Assembly: GCA_002269645.1 (NCBI GenBank)
Contig: NIVC01000581.1
Span: forward strand, 248,001-312,000
DNA from: Macrostomum lignano
Lineage: Eukaryota
Length of the DNA stretch: 64,000 nucleotides
Direction: 5' to 3'
The notes under the pieces are model-generated. The model made no database searches and was not told the DNA's origin. It saw nothing but the letters and a program-made list of their open reading frames with translations. Position numbers and translations under genes: made by a program. The stretch's first letter is position 1. Each line of letters starts with the position of its first letter. Positions 13,839 through 22,990 of this stretch are shown here, one piece after another.

Positions 13839-14540
13839 TCAGGGTGCAGCTTTAGCAATATTTATTTGCCTAAGCTGATCTCCGGACTTAATGGCATTGC
13901 CGGCCGGGATCCAGACGCGAAAGCGCTGGGTCTTTTGTCGCTCGCCCTCGCTGGCGAAGACGAGCTTGCCGAGCTTCTTGGGCCAGTTCAGCTTCGGCAG
14001 AAGCTCGCGTAGATTGCGGCTGCTCTCCTCCGAGCTGGACCAGATGAAGATGCAGCCGTCGGTCTTGGCAGAATTGACCACGCTCACAGGGCGGCCCGCC
14101 AGGAGCTGGTCGATGAGCGCAGCATCAATGGTGCGCCAGGCACTGTCGAGCTTGTCGGCCGTGAGGTCTTGCTCTTCCCCGAAGACGATGACCGCCGGTT
14201 GGATCTTGACCTTTGAGGCGTAGTTGGTGGCGGCGGTTCCCGAAGGCCCGGCCGCGCTTGTGGCAGGTTTACTGGGTGGCTCCTTAGCGGGGGTTGTATC
14301 CTGGGGGGCAGGGGTTGCTGTGGCTCCTTTCGGCCCAACAGCAGCCTCGCCCTCCCTAGGTTCCCCCTCCGCCGGTGGCCGGCCCGCAGTATCCCGCAGT
14401 CGCCGTCGCCGCTCGTTGCGGCGTTGGTTGCGGGCGCGTCGGGCTTCAGCGGAGGGCCCGGTTGCGCGTGCGGGCATGTCACCGGACGGAGTTGCCGGGG
14501 CCCCGGCTTCAGCGGGGTTGAAAGAGGCGGATGACGCCAT
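13839..14540 (-). CDS. LINE ORF1 (gag-like; continues via frameshift to ~13720)
   Basis: Low-complexity Pro/Ala/Arg N-terminus followed by a folded domain; position 5' in the element. Confidence 0.65.
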   Translation of the reverse strand: MASSASFNPAEAGAPATPSGDMPARATGPSAEARRARNQRRNERRRRLRDTAGRPPAEGEPREGEAAVGPKGATATPAPQDTTPAKEPPSKPATSAAGPSGTAATNYASKVKIQPAVIVFGEEQDLTADKLDSAWRTIDAALIDQLLAGRPVSVVNSAKTDGCIFIWSSSEESSRNLRELLPKLNWPKKLGKLVFASEGERQKTQRFRVWIPAGNAIKSGDQLRQINIAKAAP

Positions 14541-16429
14541 AGCTGAAAGCGGGAAGGAGTGAGCTGAGTCACAAAAGAAAGAGGAAAGAAGAAAAAGAAA
14601 AGGACCGCTAGCGACCGGACAACCCCCCGGCCTTCCAGCCCATTGGTACGGTCAAACACCTTACGCATTAGGGGGTACGTTAAGCAGTACCACGGCCTGC
14701 AGGCTGTCAAGCCAGATCCGCATACCCAAGTTCGGCCGAAGCCACTGGATGGGTCGCCAGCGTCGGAGCCCAGTCAGTCCAGCAGCCCTAGGGTCTGCCT
14801 TGAACACACGCGGGGACGAGTACCCCTCGGTCGACTTGCAAAACAGCGTGAGGGGGGTCTGCGGCTGCCAGCGGCAAATAGCGGGTGCAGACCTCCCTCC
14901 AGCCTTGACCTGCTGAAGATAGGGGCAGGCGTGAAGCATCGCAGACCGTAGCCCATAGGCCTGGTCTGTCTCATACTTCACTGGCGTGCTGAATACACCT
15001 TCGCGTGCGTACAAAAAGCACAATAAGTCTGATTTATATAAGTCGGCTTCTTCCTGTCGGGTGACGTCAATTTTATAAAGCTCGCTTAGGATCTCGCTTA
15101 GAGTTTCAAGGCTGCTATGATTTTTTGACTAATTCAAATTACGAGCCTAGTCTGTCTGTTAATGAGATATGATTATAAAAGTGCTTATCCCATGCAGACA
15201 GTTTGCAGATTATCTCAGTCAGAATGAGGCTGAGATAGTGCTCTGTAGTTTTCTCTGCAATTATTATGCAGAATGCGCTCACCGATTTGGCTTGTACGAC
15301 TCGATGAAAGTGCAAACAATTCTCTAGCAGCTGCTGGGTCTGACTCGGGCACATGTTGCGCATTGCTCAAGCATTGCTAAGCCCTGAGCAGCACAAGCAG
15401 TTAAACAGAACGTGTCCCATGCTGTACGCTCATTGTTTAACGCTTTGTAATGATAATATTATTTAAGGCTACTCAGAGTAAATATGCATTCCTGAGACAA
15501 TAGATAATGATCATCGGTCCCAGTGCGTCTAAGAGCGACTGTCTGGCGAGCGCCGGTAGGTAACAGAGTTATCGTGCAACAATTGTGCAACAATAATACC
15601 AACTGAAGTCAGCGTCCATGACAAACTTAAAATAATCGTATAGCTTATTCTATTGGCTGCACAGCAAAAACACTCCGGCTCCCATCCATTTCAGCCAGAC
15701 ATCAAAGGCGAGGCAGCAATTTGACCCAGACGGTTGACAGGCGGAGACGGCCGGTCGGAGAATTCCAAATGAGCCCGGTGCGGAGGCCGCTCCTGTGGAG
15801 GAGCCGCGGGCAGGCCCGGGACCGATGCCCAACCCCGACATGGCTTGGCAACCGAGGGGTGGATGCGTGGGCCGGCCCGCATAGGGAACAGTAAAAGAAC
15901 TGAGCCCCCCCATATGCTCTAACGCAACCAGAACAAATCCGCTAAGCCTAAACGTCTAGCCCTCACCCCCGAAGTAACGGGCATGTCTAGTGCTGTTTTA
16001 ATTGCATGCGCTAATTGTGCAAACCTTGCTGTCGTTAGGTAAGCGGTTCCCCACCTCAGTGGCGGCAGACAAACTGTAGGAAAACTAAAAATATACCGAA
16101 TTTAAGCCCTGAGCGCATTCCTGCTTTCAGAGCCCGCTCTGAAGATTCTCTCAAATTCTTTAAGTCAGTAAGTAATAAAGTTAGCCATAGGCGGTCTTCA
16201 GTTGTAAGCCACTGTGAAACCACGACTTGGAGTTCGCCGATGTTAAAAGAAAACAGAGACGTACAATTTTCAATATTACTCCACTGTTGACGATTTGATT
16301 AAGGTGATCGATCCGTGCGCTATCTCCTCAATCCCATTTGTCTCTTAAACTCTAGCTTTTAGCCCCGCGAATTTCCCGGCTAATTTAATCCAGTCTAATT
16401 CTTCCTGGCCTGAAGCGGTTCTGGAATAT

Positions 16430-16975
16430 TTGAATAGGCGCTGCGATTGAGGTGCAGGTCGCAAGCCCTCCCGCTCCTACTGCAGTCGGCACTATGCGAA
16501 ATGGGCACTGAGCTCCGAACTGCATAATAACTATGCTCGTACCTAAGCAAAATAGTTGCAAACCTACAGCGTATTCACGTCTTCTCTGGCCCAAATCTGA
16601 GTCTGTGCCAACTGAGATCAACTTCGTCTGCTCTGTTTCTGCTGCTTCCACAGAACTGTTTCTGCGACCAGCATTTATTTTCATCTTTACTGCACGGCCC
16701 CGTCATGCAGCCCAGATCGCCCAGATCGCTTGCTAATTTGGTTTTGCTGCTCCCATTAGCCGCACTGATTTATGCAGTAAGCACCCGCTTCATGGCACCG
16801 ACGGCACTGAGTCAACAACAACAGTTGAAGCCAACAAAAACCGAGCCAACCAAGTACCGAGTCAACAGCAGCAACAGTTGAAGGCGAAGCCAACCGAAAA
16901 AACTGTCGTGGCGTCGTTTTATCGGATATGCGGCTATGCTGCAGTTCACCGCCAGGAGCAGGTGAGACGATCTGT
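16430..16975 (+). pseudogene. Duplicated, frameshifted copy of the FkbM gene 5' region and exon 1 (16705-16961)
   Basis: Near-identical to 37600-37640 plus 37960-38450; indels break the frame; no downstream exons follow. Confidence 0.75.
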
Positions 16976-17074
16976 ACGTGCTGGAAGCTGCTAAAGTAAT
17001 TAACAAGAAGCCCATTGATTGAGCTGTTTTTGGTTTATTTGTCCAAACTAAACAACTAACACTGGCCACACACA

Positions 17075-18100
17075 GCAGCACTTCCTTGGCGCTCGTTGGC
17101 GGCTGCACCTTGATAGCTTGGACGTGCGACGGGTGGACTCTGGAGGCGCTCAGCTCATAGCCTTGCAAGTTGACCTTGTCCTGGCGCCAGGCGCACTTGG
17201 CCGTGTTGATGGCCACGTTGTGCGTAATCAAAGCTTGCAGCACCTTGAACAGGCGCTTGTCGTGTGCCCTTGATGCCGCGTGCACCACGATGTCCTCAAT
17301 AAAGTGCACTGCGCTCTTGATGCCACTGAAGATCTTGGCCATCGTTTTCTGGAACGTGGATGTTGCACTACTCAGGCCGAAAGACACCCTCCGATATCGA
17401 TACGAGCGTGTAGGCCTCGCTATATCACGAACGTCGTCAGATTTCTGCAGTCCTCGGCCAGCTCCAGTTGCAGGCACGACGAGTTCAGGTTCAACTTGGA
17501 GAAGCATCGCGACCCTGCGAACTCGGCGGAGAGCTCCTCATCAAAGGTCGGTAGTGGGTATCTGTCCGGCATGATGTTTTAGTTTGGGCCTCTCAGGTTG
17601 TTGCAGATCCGAATCCAGCCATTTGGCACCAACGGCTAGGTTTGACCAGCAGTTCGAGGCGTCGACCTCCTCGATGATGCCTGGTCGATTTCCTTTTGAA
17701 CAGAATCCCTTAGGCTGAGCGGTACGCTGCGCAACTGTTGAGCTGTCGGTTGCACCGCGGGGTTGACTCGCGGCCTGTGCTGGAAGACTTTGATGTGTCC
17801 GAGTCCCTGAGCTGAGTCAGTTGGTCGAACCGGCCTGGAATCCAGTCAGGCAGGGCTCTCGTGCCGACTGTCTGCACTCGCTCGCCGTCTGCAGTGACGA
17901 TCCGGAGTCCCAGCTGATCCATGAGGTCAACATCCCAGAATGTCAGATCAGGTCTTGACCCCGCTGATGTTGACACAAGGCACTACCTTGTCTTTGAGCT
18001 GCACCGAGGTCAGGCCGCAGGACTTGCACTTCTGCCCTTTTGCTGGGCAGGTTTGTCCACCGAATGCGCCTGTAGTGTGAGCATCTTTTGCGTTGTATTC
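17075..18100 (-). mobile_element. Ty3/gypsy-like remnant: gag knuckle, protease-RT linker and degenerate RT
   Basis: YRYRRVSFGLSSATSTFQKTM, HFIEDIVV (decayed YxDD), AINTAKC; CPAKGQKCKSCG gag knuckle at ~18000-18050. Confidence 0.75.
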
Positions 18101-19264
18101 TGTTAGATAATTGATTGTATTAGTTTTTATATTGTTAATTATTATTTTGCTTCAAAATAGTCACGCGTTTTCAATGTACTTTTTTCTTGTTAGTTAGAAT
18201 CAATTTTGCGTAAACAGGCTAGAAGTCAGACGCCAATTGTGACTCAGCGGAGGGTTGAGTTTTTCTGCGAACCCCAGCTTTGCGCGGCCAGCCAATCAGA
18301 ACCGGCCTGGACCCTGGCACGTGGCAAAATCCAAGTCTACCCGGCGCCGCGGGCACAGTGCAATTCAGCTTAGCGAGCGGCCGGCCAGACGACCACCACC
18401 CGGCTTGAGGGGGGGGGTTTGAGGGGTTTGACTCTGACTATATATGAAAGTGTGTTTGGCGGTCGGATCTCACTTCTGTTTTTCCCTTCTTTCCCCGGCT
18501 TTGGTTTTGTTCCAGCTTCCCGGCCGTTTTGCCTTGTTTTTGGTTTTGGTTTGGTTTTGGTTTTTGTTTTTGAGTTCGTCACCCGGGTCCGTGTTTTGCT
18601 CCCTGCCCGACCGCTTCAGTCTTGTAGCGTAACGTCTACGGCAAATTTTTGTCTGAAGTCGTCGCTATTAAGCGCGGTCTAGGTAGAGACTGTCGGATTT
18701 GACCAAGTACGTGGCCTCGACCCAGAGGGCCTCAGTGTCACACTGAAGGGCAGCGCTGATAGAATTTAGTCAGTGCTCCGTTGAACGGTCAATTCGGCAG
18801 GGCTCTCGTTTGAATGTAGGTTCTGGTTTAGGCCAGGGGTTAGGAGTCTTCTCCGTGGTCCCGTGTTCGGTTCCTCTTCTTCCTCAGCTGAGATCCGCTT
18901 GCCAATTGCGTAATTAATTATTACTAATCGTTGTATCGTTATTATTGTTCGTTCAAATCATCTGCGCCGCGAATCGCATTGAATCTTGTAACTTTATTAA
19001 ATCTAATTAAATCGTCAAGTTAATCAAAATTAGTCATTCTTGCTAGGATTATCACTCTCTAAATCCATTCGGTTCGTCTTCCCCTGTGCTCTTTCTTTTC
19101 TTGTACTGTACCTGCGGCTATTGGAGAAAGACTGGTAGGACTCGCCGACCGGCGATAGGCGATTAGGGCCAATATTTTTAAAATCTCCGAACGCTCCAAG
19201 TAGGTTTGTCTAGGGCCTAAATAATTGCTTATCGTGCATGCTATATGCATTTATTGTATCTATC
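18101..19264. mobile_element. Possible solo LTR or other insertion splitting the gypsy gag
   Basis: Starts TGTTAGATA and ends TATCTATCA (8/9 inverted match, TG..CA); AT-rich with CCAAT/TATA-like motifs; no TSD found. Confidence 0.35.
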
Positions 19265-19331
19265 ACACGCCGCTGAGCCGCAGTTGCCGCAGCTCCGGCC
19301 GTCAGCTGTCGGCTTCGGTGCCTCACGCAAC

Positions 19332-19670
19332 AGTAGTAGATACGATACAAAATTGCCAGCAAACCGTTCTCAGTATTCAAAGAGAATTGATCATTATCAA
19401 GTTGAAATGAATCGTTTTTCACTCCATTATCGCTCGTCTTCACTCCGCTCAACTCGCTCCGCTCATCCTCGCTTCATTCCGCTCAAACACACTTCATTTC
19501 AACTTGATAATGATCAATTCTCTTTGAATACTGAGAATTCGCTCTCGTCGTTCGCTTTAGTTTGCTGGCAATTTTGTATCGTATTCAAAAAGCATCCAAA
19601 CACACACAAACACACACAAACCCGTCGCCCGCGCCGTAGGCGCGAAGGGTCTTTTTCTGTTACTAAAAAT
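19332..19670 (+). repeat. Left terminal inverted repeat (339 bp)
   Basis: Reverse complement of 36431-36769; no differences seen. Confidence 0.95.
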
Positions 19671-19968
19671 GAACCGAGTTTACAACTTTTCAGTAAGTGA
19701 TACTTTTGAGACCGTTGCTAAAAATGCAGAGATAATAAAACAGCACATATTGAATGGAATAATTGAGGAAGTTTATTTAAAATACGACGACAAGCACGAA
19801 CTAAAACTTTATCCTTTAGAGTTAGATGGTTTGTATGATTTAGAACAAGAGGGTGAGTTAATATTTCAACTTGGAGATTATTTAAATTCCGAGGATTGGG
19901 AGGTTAGGTCAACAGATTCCGAATCAACAAATAGTTCTTATGAAACTAGTGATTCAGATAATCTGTAA
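19669..19968 (+). CDS. Polinton hypothetical protein, 99 aa, acidic
   Basis: ATG in TAAAAATG context; open frame. Confidence 0.65.
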   Translation: MNRVYNFSVSDTFETVAKNAEIIKQHILNGIIEEVYLKYDDKHELKLYPLELDGLYDLEQEGELIFQLGDYLNSEDWEVRSTDSESTNSSYETSDSDNL

Positions 19969-19984
19969 AAATATAACTAAAAAA

Positions 19985-20152
19985 ATGAACATAAATTATT
20001 CCTACATTGGCAAAGTTCCAGTTAAAGAACTTCATGAAAATTTAAGTTTGGTAACAGTTGAACAAATGTCAATAATGATATTAGTAGCTACAATAGTAAT
20101 AATATTACTTTTGTTTGTTATAAAAAAATTACTACCTTGTTGCCTTAAGTAA
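19985..20152 (+). CDS. Small single-TM protein, 55 aa
   Basis: AAAAAAATG start; hydrophobic IMILVATIVIILLLFVI. Confidence 0.55.
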   Translation: MNINYSYIGKVPVKELHENLSLVTVEQMSIMILVATIVIILLLFVIKKLLPCCLK

Positions 20153-21745
20153 TTGGCTTTCATAAAACGAACCCAATATTTCTTCACCATCTTTATCAGC
20201 AATGATATAGGTTGTAGGATTTGTATTTAAAACTTTACTAACAGAAAATTTCTCACTTATTTTCTAATATCCTTTTCTTCCCTTTTCAAACTTATCTTTC
20301 CATTTATAGATATAAACAGAATCACCAACTTTAAAAGGTTTATTTTTCTTTTTTTCAAATTCTCCAAAAGTAACTTTAACTTTTTCAGGATTGTTATAAG
20401 CTTGTTGCGGAGTCATATTTATAGCCGAATGAAATGAATTATTATAATCTTTCACTACGTCTAATAATATCTTTACCCATTTTTGGTTACCATTAAGCCT
20501 AAACTCAAACCACAATTTCTTACCTAAAGTTCGATTAAATCTTTCTATTAAAGCGTTTTTGCTTTCGCCATAAATAGAATAAATCTTATTAATATACTCC
20601 CCATTAGCGTCCTTTTTCCTTTCTTTTCCTTTTTCAAAATGATATAATTTATACATATGTGGATTATAAAATTCCTTTCCTTCATCAACACATAAACGTT
20701 CACTTTTTTCTCCAATACTTCTAAAAGCAGAAGCAACCTCGTCTCCTTTTTTGGACTTCAAAGGAACAGCCCACGCATATCGAGTAAAACCATCTAATAT
20801 AGTTAAAATATATTTATATCCCCGATCGGACGGCATAGCCATTAAATCAGCATACCAAATTTCATTCTTTTTAAAGTTCATGATCTTTCTGTAAAATTTC
20901 GGTTTTCGGTATTCTTTGTGAAGAATCTTTGCCTCATCAGAACTTAACCCACCACCACTTAATAGCAAACACTCAACACAATTATTTCCATGTTGATTAT
21001 AATTAATTCCCAAACCAAATTTAACTTTAGACTGCAAAATCTTTTTAACCATCCACCGAGTTAATCTTTGGCCAACCGACAATTCTTGCAGATTATCTAA
21101 TCCTTCAATCATTTTTCTATCGGCTTCATGCTTTAATTTTAATGCTTCCTCAGGAGAGTTCTTATCAGCATCTCTGTATGCTAAGTCATGATAATATGCT
21201 AACCAATCAATTCCGTTAATGGAAATTGAATCTGCTTTTGGAGTTCCATCTGGATTTAATCTCAAATCCAATCTTGTCCCGGGTAGTTTACCCCCAATCT
21301 TTCGATAGAGGCTGGAGCACACCTTAAACGGCTAAATTACCACCCATCTCCGTCTGCTCATCTGAACCTTCTCCATATCGGCCACCGGACGGACTTAGGA
21401 GCTTGGCTGCGCATTGCCACCTTGTCTTCAAGCTTGTTACCTTTGGGAAGAGGAGTTACCTCTGTTCCTTCAAAAGATTTCTCAATTGAAGTGGACTTGA
21501 AGCTGTATGACGGGTTTCACGCAATTTGAAGATGTCGCCACTAATAGTGACTAGCAAGGACATTGACTTCCTCACTCAGGCCACGGATAACCTGCAAACG
21601 AGTACCCTGGAATGTGTAATTCATTTGTATACTTCCCACTAGTAAAAACGCTTGGTAAGCTTGTTAATCCTTTTTGAACATCCAACAAGCCACCTTCATA
21701 CACAAGTTGGTCGTTCCTTCGGATCGCGAACGTTGTTTGGTTCAT
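20132..21745 (-). CDS. PLA2-like domain fused to rve (DDE) integrase. Exon 1 21745-21590, exon 2 21283-20132, with a premature TAG at 20264-20266.
   Basis: Joined frame gives ELHIPGYSFAG|PGTRL...IDWLAYYHDLAY (parvovirus-type PLA2). Integrase motifs WYADL, ILDGFTRYAW, VDEGKEF, LIERFNRTL. Read-through of the stop gives KVLNTNPTTY...GSFYESQL, typical of Polinton integrase C-termini. Confidence 0.9.
21284..21589 (-). ncRNA. Group I self-splicing intron, IC1-like, 306 nt, no internal ORF
   Basis: P AAAUUGCGUG, Q AAUGCGCAGC, R GUUCAGAUGAGCA, S UAAGGUGUGCUCC. P3 CAUCUUC/GGAGAUG, P7 GAGCA/UGCUC, P5abc with GAAA and GUAA loops, P9 with GAAA loop, P1 with U.G at the splice site. Removal restores the frame and the conserved motif. 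Confidence 0.9.
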
Positions 21746-22248
21746 TTTTAATGTCTAAAAAACAATTTTCAATGAGTTTAATTATTTCCAAATATTGATC
21801 ACCATATAAAAATTTTAAAGCAAATTCCCCAGTTAACAGAGTAACACCATTATCAAATACTTTATGTACAGGATTTTTAGTGGTGTTATTAATGCAAATA
21901 TAATATAAATCAAATTCGGGATTGACATATTTAAATTCTAATAACTTCTGAATATTTCTAAATCGACTCGATATTATCAGACTAATATATTATCTGATCT
22001 GTATTATCAGACGATTTTAACTCTAACGCAACTTTTCTTTTAGTATGAATTAAATCAATTCTATTTATTTTTTCAAAACCAAAATATTCAATAGCTAATA
22101 ATTCATAAAGAGATCCAAGCCTCATTTGAATAGTTTTAATACGGTTTGCAATTATTAAATCATCTTGAAATATTTTATTTAGTATTCTATCTGATCCAAT
22201 CTTTTCACAAATGGGTTTACAAAGGTGTCTTTTTATTGCTATATCCAT
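21696..22248 (-). pseudogene. PD-(D/E)xK restriction-endonuclease-like protein, disrupted near 21975-22005
   Basis: IKTIQMRLG...RIDL...VALELKSSDNTD, then in another frame SSRFRNIQKLLEFK...ICINN...GEFALKFLYGD. Confidence 0.6.
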
Positions 22249-22272
22249 TTTATAAAAAACAAATTTAACAAA

Positions 22273-22956
22273 TTAATTAATTCCAGTATGTCCGGCAGCT
22301 TTGGCAGCGGCTAAAACAAGTTTTCGCGGAGTCTTTAATCCTTGCCCAACAGCCCTTTTATTATTTATGGAATCAACAATATGCTTATACAATCTAGTTC
22401 TTTTAACAGCACTTTCACCCAAATCATCATAAAAAATTTTAGCACTTATTAATTCGTCCCGAGTATATAAATCAGGATTAAACTTTACACTAGGGTTTGT
22501 AACAATATTAAATGCTCCACCCAACTCTATATATAAATCATCCCGACTTTTTGTAACCCTAGTACCAACCCGATAATTATCATTCCCTAAATTTATAACA
22601 GCAACACTCGCTGGCGCACCTCTTTGAAATCGCTCAATATCACCACCACGTTCCGCAGCTCTAATCTCTGCAACTCTCAAAACAGCCCGTGCCTCATCAT
22701 AAGTAGGCGGCTCATCCTCCACAATATCTTCCTCTTTTGGCTCCGTATTCTTTGCTATTTTTTCAAGAAGGTCTTTATCAGTTTTTGTTAATTCACTAAT
22801 TTTCCCCGTAATAGGATTAACAAAAGGAGCAGCAAATTTTTCGCCAGCTAACTGTATTCCTAGCTTTCTTTTTTGTAAATCTCTAACAAAATCAGAATAT
22901 CTTTGCTTCTCTTTATAAATCGCCAACTCTCCATCAACGTCCATAAACTGACTCAT
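22273..22956 (-). CDS. Polinton hypothetical protein, 227 aa (possible virion core protein)
   Basis: Intact ORF; AAAAAATG start; C-terminal GQGL motif. Confidence 0.7.
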   Translation of the reverse strand: MSQFMDVDGELAIYKEKQRYSDFVRDLQKRKLGIQLAGEKFAAPFVNPITGKISELTKTDKDLLEKIAKNTEPKEEDIVEDEPPTYDEARAVLRVAEIRAAERGGDIERFQRGAPASVAVINLGNDNYRVGTRVTKSRDDLYIELGGAFNIVTNPSVKFNPDLYTRDELISAKIFYDDLGESAVKRTRLYKHIVDSINNKRAVGQGLKTPRKLVLAAAKAAGHTGIN

Positions 22957-22990
22957 TTTTTAACATAAAAAACTTTTTTAACCTATAAAA

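Larger units (their letters stand above)
12521..15008 (-). mobile_element. Internally deleted non-LTR retrotransposon (RNase H-bearing, LOA/R1/I-group-like): ORF1 plus RNase H/zinc knuckle, no endonuclease or RT
   Basis: 13-bp TSD GTACAAAAAGCAC at 12508-12520 and 15009-15021. 3' tail (CTAAGTCAAG)x2. ORF1 13839-14540. RNase H 13097-13702 (YTDRS, QNEVLAI, SDSQAAL, WIPGHAGFPGNELAD). LTGHG and CPFC...HFVCHC in 12639-13208. Confidence 0.85.

Noticed and set aside
15660-16000. HDV-like ribozyme or RTE 5' UTR
   Set aside because: GC-rich and stem-like, but I could not build the nested double pseudoknot
19245-19700. ORFs spanning the TIRs (also 36419-36748)
   Set aside because: They start in flanking or TIR sequence and merely mirror the inverted repeat
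20264-21322. Provided ORF start at 21322 (MCSSLY...)
   Set aside because: It is a GTG inside the intron; the true start is ATG 21745 in exon 1
21284-21590. Spliceosomal GT-AG reading of the integrase insert (GCAG|GTTATCC...)
   Set aside because: The AG acceptors near the 3' end give stops or the wrong frame, and the nearest in-frame one deletes PGTRLDLRLNP; the group I fold explains the whole insert
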